Source: a virus | Lineage: Duplodnaviria > Caudoviricetes | Direction: 5' to 3' (one strand) | DNA length: 38,601 bases | IMG/VR virus record: IMGVR_UViG_3300029825_000023 | Location: 1 to 38,601 of that record | In this document: positions 1 to 7,825 of the stretch, piece by piece | Layout of the letters: each line of letters starts with the position of its first letter | Numbering within the stretch: the stretch's first letter is position 1 | The notes under the pieces: model-generated | Told to the model about the DNA's origin: nothing | The model's database searches: none | The model's input: only the letters and a program-made list of their open reading frames with translations | Translations under genes and position numbers: made by a program

Positions 1-99
1 CATAAATATTTCTACGTTTTGCCTCTTCGACATAATCGGCAACTATTAAAAAGTAGTCAGCTAGGTTGTGATTCTTGATGACGTTGGCTTCAAGCTTTA
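1..99. repeat. 99-bp terminal overlap (identical to 38503-38601), circular contig
   Basis: cataaatatttctacg...caagcttta occurs at both ends, and the DnaE frame runs through the junction. Confidence 0.97.
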
Positions 100-1033
100 A
101 CCTCTCAATATATTCTTTATTTGCCAAGCCTCTTACTTTTAACTCGTTAATGCATTTCTTTTTCAGGTCTTTATAAGCATTATTTGTGTCAGGAAAAACA
201 GGAACAGAATCACTAAAATCAAGCTGTATGCCAACTTTGTCGTATATTTCCTCGAGATTATCAAGCATTTCCCTAGCTTGCTTTTTAGTAAATTCTCTTA
301 GTAACTTAGCTTTGATTTCCTTTTCTGAATGCATGTGACGAGCACCATAAGTTGCTTCAACATCTGATTTCTTGCCGCTTAACGCATGCATCACCTTATA
401 CGTTTCAAAGTCCTCATGCCTTGTATAATGGGAGTCAGTTGTTGGGATGCATTTCACGTTGTATGTTTTACCCAGTGAATATAGTTCCTTATTAGCTAGC
501 TCTTGCAACCCAACCTCGTCAATCGGGATAGGCATAATTTCAAAATAGAAGTTATCATGAAATATCCTTTTAAACCTCTTTGTTGCCTTTATGGCAAGCT
601 TATCATTATTGTTCACTATTGCCTGCGATACAATCCCGCCTATGCATGCTGATGTGCATATTACGCCTTCGTTATATTTTTCAAGTAGGTCGAAAGTAAC
701 TACGCCACGCCGATAGAAATTATGCTCGTTTGCATAAGTAATTATTTGCATGATGTTTGAGTAACCTGTTTGATTTTGAGCAAACAAACATAAGTGATAA
801 TATGGTTTGTCTTTATTAAAGTGGGGCTGAAAGTAAGCTTCAACCCCAATGATAGGCTTTATTCCTGCTTTGTTACACTCAAAATATAGTTTAGCTACCC
901 CTGCTGTGCTACCATGGTCTGATAAACCAAGGGCAGGCATCCCTAACTCTTTGGCATATTCTACAATGTCCTGAATACGACCAAAACCGTCAAATAAGCT
1001 ATATTGAGAATGCTTATGAAGCTCAAACCACAT
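1..1033 (-). CDS. dnaE: DNA polymerase III alpha (DnaE, family C), N-terminal part with PHP domain; continues across the junction into 38502-36896 (879 aa in total)
   Basis: Manual translation from ATG at 1033: MWFELHKHSQYSLFDG...LSDHG...IIGVEAY...YHLCLFAQNQTGY...TSACIGG...TTDSHY; 1033+1607 nt = 880 codons in frame. Confidence 0.93.
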   Translation of the reverse strand, partial: MWFELHKHSQYSLFDGFGRIQDIVEYAKELGMPALGLSDHGSTAGVAKLYFECNKAGIKPIIGVEAYFQPHFNKDKPYYHLCLFAQNQTGYSNIMQIITYANEHNFYRRGVVTFDLLEKYNEGVICTSACIGGIVSQAIVNNNDKLAIKATKRFKRIFHDNFYFEIMPIPIDEVGLQELANKELYSLGKTYNVKCIPTTDSHYTRHEDFETYKVMHALSGKKSDVEATYGARHMHSEKEIKAKLLREFTKKQAREMLDNLEEIYDKVGIQLDFSDSVPVFPDTNNAYKDLKKKCINELKVRGLANKEYIERLKLEANVIKNHNLADYFLIVADYVEEAKRRNIY

Positions 1034-1625
1034 ATTTACCAGCTACTTTCGTAAATTCTTGCAGGTCTTCTTTGTAAACATGAAGGCTGCCAATTAAGAA
1101 ATTCATGTCAAACTTCTGCTTATAATACAGCACTTTCCGGCCGGCTACGTAAGCTAAGTACATATCAGTAATGAAGTTATTATAAAAGTCACAACTTCTC
1201 ATGCCTACATTAATGTATGATTTATCATTGCGCTGCATAAAGTTTATAAATTGAAAGCAATGCATTTGGTCGAAAGTTATGCTTAGCTGCCTTGTTGTAA
1301 TAATCTCGTCAGCATCTGGATATGCTCTTACTATATTGCGAAGTTTATCCACGTTAAACCGCAGCTGAGCATAATCAGAAAGTATGTAATTGCCTATTTG
1401 CCCATTTGTAGCTCTTAATTCTAAAACAGCGTTTGCTATTTCCCAAGCTTGATTGATATTAAAGCCAATCAAATCGAAAAGCTCATTAAATGACTCCTCG
1501 GTAATATCTTTAAAACGAAGAGTGACTGCTGGAAGCTCAACTGTGTTGCTAACAAATTTTTTCTTCCTAGCTAGCTCAATTATTTGTTTAGCTTTGGGAC
1601 TTAATTTTTCAAGTATTTCCGACAC
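1023..1625 (-). CDS. Thymidylate synthase-fold protein, dCMP hydroxymethylase/methylase-like
   Basis: HCFQFINF (catalytic Cys), MRSCD-x7-D and IGSLHVY motifs. Confidence 0.8.
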   Translation of the reverse strand: MSEILEKLSPKAKQIIELARKKKFVSNTVELPAVTLRFKDITEESFNELFDLIGFNINQAWEIANAVLELRATNGQIGNYILSDYAQLRFNVDKLRNIVRAYPDADEIITTRQLSITFDQMHCFQFINFMQRNDKSYINVGMRSCDFYNNFITDMYLAYVAGRKVLYYKQKFDMNFLIGSLHVYKEDLQEFTKVAGKYVV

Positions 1626-1648
1626 ATATAAACCTCCCTAAATAATAA

Positions 1649-1727
1649 TGGAGAGCAGGGCAGGATTCGAACTCTGCTTTTCCAATAGTTTGCTGCTACT
1701 GGTATGTTGCCCTTACATCACCTGCTC
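1649..1727 (-). tRNA. Non-canonical tRNA-Cys(GCA)-like RNA with encoded CCA
   Basis: GAGCAGG/CCTGCTC acceptor stem, ATGT/ACAT D-stem, CCAGTAG/CTATTGG anticodon stem, loop CAGCAAA, GTTCGAATC T-loop, T-CCA end. Confidence 0.75.
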
Positions 1728-1737
1728 TCAAAAAAGA

Positions 1738-2691
1738 TTATTCAACACATAAGTATTTTTTAGCCTCTATGTTGATACGATAAAGTAATCTGTTGAAATA
1801 CTCAAATATTTCCTTGAAAAGATTCCAGCTCCCACCGGCAGTGCCATTCATCTCATTCCGGTATTTCTGATAAATAAAGTCATCAGGATGCCATTCAAAA
1901 ATGTCGCTGTCTTCATCCGGGAAATAAAGATTGGTAGCCTTTCCTGTCCTTGCCATATTGACATAAAACATAGATGGCTTATGGAAGTCAAATATGTCGT
2001 AGCAATATGGTATTTTAGCCACTATGCCACATGCCATCTGGTAGGCAATTATGTTATCAGTCTCAGGCTGGATTTGCTTGTCAATCCTTTGATTAATAAA
2101 TGCTATAGCATCTTTTAAATTCATGCGCATAAAGTAAAATGTTTCCAAGCAACGAGGGAGAATATACCTTGCATCCATAATTGAAACTTCTTTGCTGTCA
2201 ATCATGTCGCAATAAAGCTGCTTAGCATCTTTCGCTATTTGCTTATATCGTTCAAGAAATTCAGGTGAGTTTTCAATGCTCCATGGCACTAAAGCTGCTC
2301 TGTCCGTCCACCACTTATCACCTGAGCAGTCAGCACTGAAGCTACCGGTCCTATATCTAATAAGATGTGTTGCCTCTTGTATGCTAATACCAGATATTTT
2401 GAATACCAAGTTAATTGTTTCAAGAGCCGTTGGCAATGATTTGCCGAGTATACAATTTCGAATCAATTCGTCCTTTTCTCTTACTGAAAGTTTACGTGCA
2501 TCATTTGGGTCTTCAGCCCATGTTGCTTCAAGAAATTGCGGCAAATAATCCCTTAATTCATCAGGGGTAGGTGCTGCAATTAACTCAACATCAATAGCGC
2601 TAAGGTTATTTTTAAGAAGTGTTGTAGGTTTTTTGCCCCACTTTTGTTCCATGGGTAGTTCAACGGGTTGTAAGCTTTCATTCTTTGGCAT
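1738..2691 (-). CDS. Divergent flavin-dependent thymidylate synthase (ThyX-like)
   Basis: LIRYRTGSFS (RHRxxS-like), DARYILP, MNLKDAIAFINQR. Confidence 0.8.
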   Translation of the reverse strand: MPKNESLQPVELPMEQKWGKKPTTLLKNNLSAIDVELIAAPTPDELRDYLPQFLEATWAEDPNDARKLSVREKDELIRNCILGKSLPTALETINLVFKISGISIQEATHLIRYRTGSFSADCSGDKWWTDRAALVPWSIENSPEFLERYKQIAKDAKQLYCDMIDSKEVSIMDARYILPRCLETFYFMRMNLKDAIAFINQRIDKQIQPETDNIIAYQMACGIVAKIPYCYDIFDFHKPSMFYVNMARTGKATNLYFPDEDSDIFEWHPDDFIYQKYRNEMNGTAGGSWNLFKEIFEYFNRLLYRINIEAKKYLCVE

Positions 2692-2731
2692 TATAATCCT
2701 CCTTTGACAGAAATAAGGAGGGTTTCCCCTC

Positions 2732-2941
2732 CTATTCAGCTACCTCGTATCCTTGAATTATCCCTTTGGCGTACTCAATCATGTTTGCCTGAATCCATTT
2801 TGCAGTAGTGCTGTAGCCAAGCGTTTTAGCTATATCAATTACAACTGCAACATCAAACATGCTGGTTAGCCCTGTGTCCCTCGCTGCAAGAATACCATCG
2901 ATAATATCTTGGCTTGGAACCTGCGTCTTACCTCTTTCCAT
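2732..2941 (-). CDS. DUF5049-like small phage protein
   Basis: ILAARDTGLTSMFDV motif; RBS upstream. Confidence 0.6.
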   Translation of the reverse strand: MERGKTQVPSQDIIDGILAARDTGLTSMFDVAVVIDIAKTLGYSTTAKWIQANMIEYAKGIIQGYEVAE

Positions 2942-2994
2942 TTAAACCATCCTCTCGATTGCTGTAGTACCAAGCTTTAGCTTAGCCTAATCAT

Positions 2995-3041
2995 ATTATA
3001 TACTATTGGCAGCTTATATACTATTGGCAGCAGATGTAAAC
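2995..3041 (-). promoter_or_regulatory. Early-type promoter (GTTTACA...TATAAT) disrupted by an 18-bp tandem duplication
   Basis: ttatatactattggcagc occurs at 2996-3013 and 3014-3031; -35 TTTACA at 3035-3040. Confidence 0.65.
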
Positions 3042-3532
3042 CTTTTTATTAGTTCTTTTTCAAGCTCGTCTATCCGCTTATTTACACCATCTGCAAATTC
3101 AAACGTTTTGTTTCCAAGCGCAGCTTCAACCATGCAATATTGCCTTACGCTATAAAGGTCTGCAAGCTTAACAACACTAAATATCTCTTCGTCCTTGCTA
3201 TGCAAAGCGTAATCGGGATAGTTGTCTTCCATAAAACTGTCTTCGAATATTTGTAGCAGCATGCGTAGCGTTTCGCTTAAGTCTTTTACGTCAGAAGGTA
3301 CATCACTCAATATTGTTTCAGGTACGTCATGCAACAAAGCATATTCAATGCACTTAGCTTTTAGCTCTCCTTCGATGCTTAGCTTGTCGCATATTTCAAG
3401 CACAAATAGAGCTGTGAAAAATGAATGCTCAGCTACACTTTCATTGATTAGTCGTAGCCTGTGATTGTATCTAACAAGCGTTTTTAATTTATAAACTTCC
3501 ATAAGATAATCATTAGTTAATAAAGGCATCAT
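3014..3532 (-). CDS. HD-domain deoxynucleotide phosphohydrolase (YfbR/DatZ-like)
   Basis: VRY...ESVAEHS...ALLHDVPE...SDVPS...VKLAD. Confidence 0.88.
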   Translation of the reverse strand: MMPLLTNDYLMEVYKLKTLVRYNHRLRLINESVAEHSFFTALFVLEICDKLSIEGELKAKCIEYALLHDVPETILSDVPSDVKDLSETLRMLLQIFEDSFMEDNYPDYALHSKDEEIFSVVKLADLYSVRQYCMVEAALGNKTFEFADGVNKRIDELEKELIKRFTSAANSI

Positions 3533-4476
3533 TCGACTGCCCCCTTGTATAGGTTGCGTGTTCCTCTGAGAACATTCATTATTTTGTCCTTAATAGAAAT
3601 ACCTTCTGAGGAAGTAAATTCATCTCGACCTAAGATAGTAAGGTTTCCCGATTGAGCTAACATTACGTTAAATTTACCGCTGGTGCCAATCGTTTCATTA
3701 TAATATACAACAGGTTTATTTTTGCCGTAGGCGTAGCCAGCTTCCCATATTGTGCCTATATCCTTGCCATCAGTAACAGCAAATACTAGGTCGCAATTGT
3801 TTATTTCCTTAATGTTGTCCTGAAAAGCTTTCTCGCGCTCCTCCTGTGTAGCGCTAGGGGTTAACAGAATATTTTCACGCGGGCTAAATACTCTGAATCC
3901 TATGTGCCTAAGTTCTTTTATCAGCCGCTCTTCTCGTTCAATTTGAGACGGGTTGAAAAATGGAGCAGCAAAATATATTTTGGGAACGTAAATATCAAAT
4001 TGCTCAGTTAAACTTTTAACAACGTCGTTAATACTATTAAAATCACATGTATATTTCTTTCTAATTGTGCTTGCTTTAAAGAATGCTTCAAAAATTGCCT
4101 GATATATTTCCAAATCTTTTCCATGAGCTTCAGACGCTCTTTTTAAATCGCTCTTGTCAGTAGGAACAACAAGAATTAAAATAGCATCAAGCTCTGAAAG
4201 CTTTTTGTCTATTATTTCAATTTCAAATGATGTATAATTTCTTTCAAGTGCCCCATAAACAAACTCGGTCATGTGAAAACGGTCAATAACAATGTTTTCG
4301 TTTTTGAATATTTCTAAAAACCGAAGCGATGTGTTAAGCTTTTCTAGAGCAACGTCTTTTGTTATTTTCATACCTTCAAAATATGAATCTTTAAAGAGCT
4401 TGAAGCCATGTTCAACAAACTTATTGCAAAGAGTGGTTTTACCCACCCTATCAATACCTTCTACAATAACTATCAA
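3529..4476 (-). CDS. Fusion of a dNMP (thymidylate-type) kinase and a nucleoside 2-deoxyribosyltransferase/N-glycosidase domain
   Basis: N-term EGIDRVGKTT P-loop and DRF...E.VY; C-term IYFAAPFF, DIGTIWEAGYA, NVML. Confidence 0.85.
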   Translation of the reverse strand: MIVIVEGIDRVGKTTLCNKFVEHGFKLFKDSYFEGMKITKDVALEKLNTSLRFLEIFKNENIVIDRFHMTEFVYGALERNYTSFEIEIIDKKLSELDAILILVVPTDKSDLKRASEAHGKDLEIYQAIFEAFFKASTIRKKYTCDFNSINDVVKSLTEQFDIYVPKIYFAAPFFNPSQIEREERLIKELRHIGFRVFSPRENILLTPSATQEEREKAFQDNIKEINNCDLVFAVTDGKDIGTIWEAGYAYGKNKPVVYYNETIGTSGKFNVMLAQSGNLTILGRDEFTSSEGISIKDKIMNVLRGTRNLYKGAVE

Positions 4477-4483
4477 TTTACAT

Positions 4484-4807
4484 TTACTCCTCTCGATGAA
4501 TACTTAAATTAGGGTCAAATCCTTCAGGGTACCGACGTTTTAGTTTGTCAATGTTACGCTGCGCCATCTCTTCTAGAGTGATTCCACAAGCACGAGCTAA
4601 CTTGGCTACGTACCAAAGGGTGTCCCCGCCTTCTTCGATAAGTTTATCTACATCAAGCTCGTGCCCTTGGTCTAGTACTTTTTTCATGTGCTCCAATGTC
4701 TCGGCGGCCTCCCCAACCACGCCCATGGTTGCATTGCGTAAAGCGTTCAGCTTATCCATCGGAGCGTCTGTTCTTGCAGCTAGCAATTGATATTCGTCAA
4801 GTGTCAT
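4484..4807 (-). CDS. MazG-like nucleotide pyrophosphohydrolase
   Basis: MTLDEYQ...GVVGEAAE...EEGGDTLWYV...NIDKLKRRYP; start reassigned to ATG at 4807. Confidence 0.88.
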   Translation of the reverse strand: MTLDEYQLLAARTDAPMDKLNALRNATMGVVGEAAETLEHMKKVLDQGHELDVDKLIEEGGDTLWYVAKLARACGITLEEMAQRNIDKLKRRYPEGFDPNLSIHREE

Positions 4808-4808
4808 T

Positions 4809-5567
4809 TTACCAATCGTCGTCATTGTCCTCGTCCTCATCTGTATCATCAGAACCCCGCTCTTCGTCGTCCTCATCATCATTCCAAATCTGCTCTTCTT
4901 CGTCCAACTCCTCCAAAAGCTCTATATAGTATTCTGCTGATTTCTTGGGGTTTGGGTCAAGGTCACGTTCCTTACAGAGTTGATAGAGTTCTTTTGCAGA
5001 CATATCTTCATAGTTTATTACTTCGTCATCGTCGTCGTCATCCACTGGAACTTCAATATCAGGTGAAAACGCTTTACCTATCATTTTTATCATGGCGTCA
5101 CGGGTTGGAGCCTTAACTTTACTTTTGAACTTAGCCTTGTCCATTGGAATAACAGAGTAAGATGTACTTTGCTGTTTGCCTTTACGTTCTAGTACATAAT
5201 CCCGGTCGGTAATGGTTCCGTAAGTTTCATACATGCTTATGAGTGCAGGGATAGGGGTACAATTGTTAACCGCATAAAGCAGTATTTTAACCTCGTTGGC
5301 ATCGTAGTCATAAACGGGCCATGCATAGTTGTTGCGGGTTCTTAGCTCATCGTTATTGCAGAACTTACATTTCTTTTTGCCTAGCTCCTTTGCACAAATG
5401 CAATTAATACCCTTAGCAAAGCTATCGTGGAAAACAAGCTCTAGGCCTTTTTCAAAGTCAACAAGAAAGCGAATCCTACGCTTTGTGTCGGCTTTAATAA
5501 ATAGAATTTTACCTTTGCTGCCACCAGATTTAGCAATGTCCTCTTTCATACTTTTAAGAATTGACAA
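4809..5567 (-). CDS. Putative single-stranded DNA-binding protein (gp32-like) with acidic tail
   Basis: RIRFL..H..C..CKFC Zn-like motif, acidic C-terminus, adjacent to primase. Confidence 0.65.
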   Translation of the reverse strand: MSILKSMKEDIAKSGGSKGKILFIKADTKRRIRFLVDFEKGLELVFHDSFAKGINCICAKELGKKKCKFCNNDELRTRNNYAWPVYDYDANEVKILLYAVNNCTPIPALISMYETYGTITDRDYVLERKGKQQSTSYSVIPMDKAKFKSKVKAPTRDAMIKMIGKAFSPDIEVPVDDDDDDEVINYEDMSAKELYQLCKERDLDPNPKKSAEYYIELLEELDEEEQIWNDDEDDEERGSDDTDEDEDNDDDW

Positions 5568-5568
5568 A

Positions 5569-6528
5569 TCAAAATCCTCCCATCGTTTTTCTTTTTGCTG
5601 CTTTTAATAGCTTGGGTGTCATGTCCCCCATGTCTTTTACCCTTCTAGGGTATTGAAAAGGGACTACCTCAAAATGTTGTTTTAAGAAAGCAGTCCCTTT
5701 TTTACCGCATTCATCGTTGTCTAGTGCCGAGATTATTGTTGTTACACCTTGCTTTTTTAACTTTTCTATCTGCTCTTGTGTTGCTTTCCAGCCTAAAATA
5801 GCACATACATATTTGATGCCAAGTTGCTTAGCCTTTAAGTAGTCCATATAGCCCTCTACCACAACAACTCTGTAATTATCATATTTACCAACAATAGTGC
5901 TTCGCCTGCTGAATCCTTTATTATATAAGTATTTCCGTTTCTGTTCTATCTCGGGGCTGGTTGTCCTACAAACCCAACCTTTAAACTCCCCCATGTCACG
6001 CATAGGAAATATAATAGGATATGAGTCATTATAGGTTAGTTTTGCTCCGGCTTTGTTGAGAGATTCGGGATTGAAGCCTCGACATAGTAAATAATGCTTT
6101 TCAACCGAATCCTCAACAAGCCAGTCCACTTTACGAAGATTGTAATAATAATCCTCAGCCCTTACTAGCAATTTCTTTTGCTCCCTTGAGCGTTGTTGCT
6201 TTGTTTTTGAGTTATGTAAGGTAACATTATTGGGCCCTGACTTGTTCATAGTGAAACGATATAATAATTGCCATTGCTCTATAAGGGTAAGGTTATGATT
6301 GAACATCTGGATTAATTCTAGGGCCCCTCCCCCTTTTTGACAACCAAAACAAAACCATCTACATTCATTTACATCAATCAAAAGGCTTGCATTTACATCA
6401 GCGTGGAAAGGGCAAACAACTTTGTATTTTGTTTCACCCTCCCAAAGGTTATAATGCTCAAGTACTTTAATAAATGTTTCAGGGCTGCCAGCTTGTTCAT
6501 AAAGGGATTTTGCAATATCAATCGCCAC
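5569..6528 (-). CDS. DNA primase (CHC2 zinc finger + TOPRIM)
   Basis: CPFH...CFGC; VVEGYMD; ALDND. Confidence 0.92.
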   Translation of the reverse strand: MAIDIAKSLYEQAGSPETFIKVLEHYNLWEGETKYKVVCPFHADVNASLLIDVNECRWFCFGCQKGGGALELIQMFNHNLTLIEQWQLLYRFTMNKSGPNNVTLHNSKTKQQRSREQKKLLVRAEDYYYNLRKVDWLVEDSVEKHYLLCRGFNPESLNKAGAKLTYNDSYPIIFPMRDMGEFKGWVCRTTSPEIEQKRKYLYNKGFSRRSTIVGKYDNYRVVVVEGYMDYLKAKQLGIKYVCAILGWKATQEQIEKLKKQGVTTIISALDNDECGKKGTAFLKQHFEVVPFQYPRRVKDMGDMTPKLLKAAKRKTMGGF

Positions 6529-6530
6529 CC

Positions 6531-6983
6531 TTAAGTTATTGTAATTGATTTGCGTATTTGAGCGTTGTAACAGCCATCGATATCTTCCAGCGATAGTTGG
6601 TTAGTATCAAAAAGCTGTTTAATTGCATCATTATTTACCGCCTTCCGAACCTCAATTAGGTCTTTAAATTGCTTTGGCTTAATACCTGCTTCTCTGAGCA
6701 AAGATGTTAAACCTGCATAATTTACTACGACGACTTCTTTGTCAATTATTTGCTTGCCAAGCTCTTTGGGCAGCTTTTTCTCAAGTTTTTCTATATCATA
6801 AGCGATAATTAATGCTTTTCTGCATGTAGCTGTGTGGCTATCTGTAGCCATGCTATTGCTTGCAGAGTTGTCGAAAGCTTTAATTAAGATGTCACGACGT
6901 TTATCGTATTCGGCTTCTATATTTTCCTTTTTAACTTTCAACTCATGCATTTCGTCGATTATCTTATTATAATCTTGCTTCAT
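6531..6983 (-). CDS. Hypothetical protein
   Basis: 150-aa ORF tightly packed in the operon. Confidence 0.75.
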   Translation of the reverse strand: MKQDYNKIIDEMHELKVKKENIEAEYDKRRDILIKAFDNSASNSMATDSHTATCRKALIIAYDIEKLEKKLPKELGKQIIDKEVVVVNYAGLTSLLREAGIKPKQFKDLIEVRKAVNNDAIKQLFDTNQLSLEDIDGCYNAQIRKSITIT

Positions 6984-7461
6984 TTGTTGTAACCCTGCCT
7001 TTTGTCAGCTCCTCAAATATCCCTCGGGGCCAGCGCTGACCTGTCTTATACCAAACAACTGCTTTCTTGTTCACGAGGTACCTTATGCCACGCTTTGTCT
7101 CTATGCGGAACTTGTCGGCGTGAATCTCAACAATTTTGCCGCTGTACATCCTGTCTCCTACATAAAATGCAACCAGCACGCCCACCTCGGCGCTGTCTTC
7201 ATACCTGTCCTTCGCAGGGTTCCTTACACGTTTTTCCTTCATACGTTTTTCTACTGCCTCCTCAAAGCTAAGATGTTTACTGCCTTTGCTCTTTGCATTG
7301 TTGTTCAAATGAGCATTGTTCTGCGCCTCTTTAGCGATGATTGCTTCAACAAGGTCTGCTTTCTTCATGTCATGTCTTCCAACGATTTGCAAGTCTTTTG
7401 CAACCTCAAGCAAGTGTTTTTTCGTGCAATTAAGCAACTCAGTTCTCTTTTCTCTTTCCAT
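6967..7461 (-). CDS. Protein with N-terminal Rho-N/HeH-like motif and C-terminal SH3-like segment
   Basis: LLEVAKDLQIVGRHDMKKADLVEAI; GAGGAGG RBS before ATG at 7461. Confidence 0.6.
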   Translation of the reverse strand: MEREKRTELLNCTKKHLLEVAKDLQIVGRHDMKKADLVEAIIAKEAQNNAHLNNNAKSKGSKHLSFEEAVEKRMKEKRVRNPAKDRYEDSAEVGVLVAFYVGDRMYSGKIVEIHADKFRIETKRGIRYLVNKKAVVWYKTGQRWPRGIFEELTKGRVTTNEARL

Positions 7462-7488
7462 TACAATTCCTCCTCTAAGTAAATTTAA

Positions 7489-7504
7489 AGGGGCCGAAGC
7501 CCCC
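7489..7504 (-). terminator. GC hairpin with UUCG loop (terminator-like)
   Basis: GGGGC-TTCG-GCCCC followed by TTT on the minus strand. Confidence 0.5.
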
Positions 7505-7558
7505 TTGTGTTCTGTTAGTGGGCGCATTTACCTATCTTGTAGGGCCGGGACCTGCTTT

Positions 7559-7774
7559 TTATGCTTTATGGATGGGGGTGCGCTTGACCGCAAAATACCT
7601 CTCCGTGACTTCAAAGCCTTCTTTTTCCAGCGCATCAAGAATAGCGGTTGCCATGATTTTAGCAACTCTGGTACTGCAAATAATTTCGCTTTGTATCGTT
7701 CTTTCGATAATTTCGAGAATTGTCAAAGATTCCTCCTCCCTTCTGCGGGGCACTTTCCATTTTATATTTTCCAT
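7559..7774 (-). CDS. Hypothetical early protein
   Basis: Strong GAGGAGGAGG RBS directly after a promoter. Confidence 0.7.
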   Translation of the reverse strand: MENIKWKVPRRREEESLTILEIIERTIQSEIICSTRVAKIMATAILDALEKEGFEVTERYFAVKRTPIHKA

Positions 7775-7825
7775 TTTATCCTCCTCCTCTTGAGTGTTTT
7801 GGCCTTTTTCCTTGGCCTTGATTCT

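Noticed and set aside
1649-1727. tRNA-Sec/suppressor tRNA or genome-wide TGA recoding
   Set aside because: The anticodon is GCA, there is no long variable arm, and several genes end normally at TGA (e.g. 1023, 3529, 8074)
3014-4807. 2-aminoadenine (Z-genome) system suggested by HD + MazG
   Set aside because: No PurZ/adenylosuccinate-synthetase-like ORF; the neighbouring enzymes act on pyrimidines
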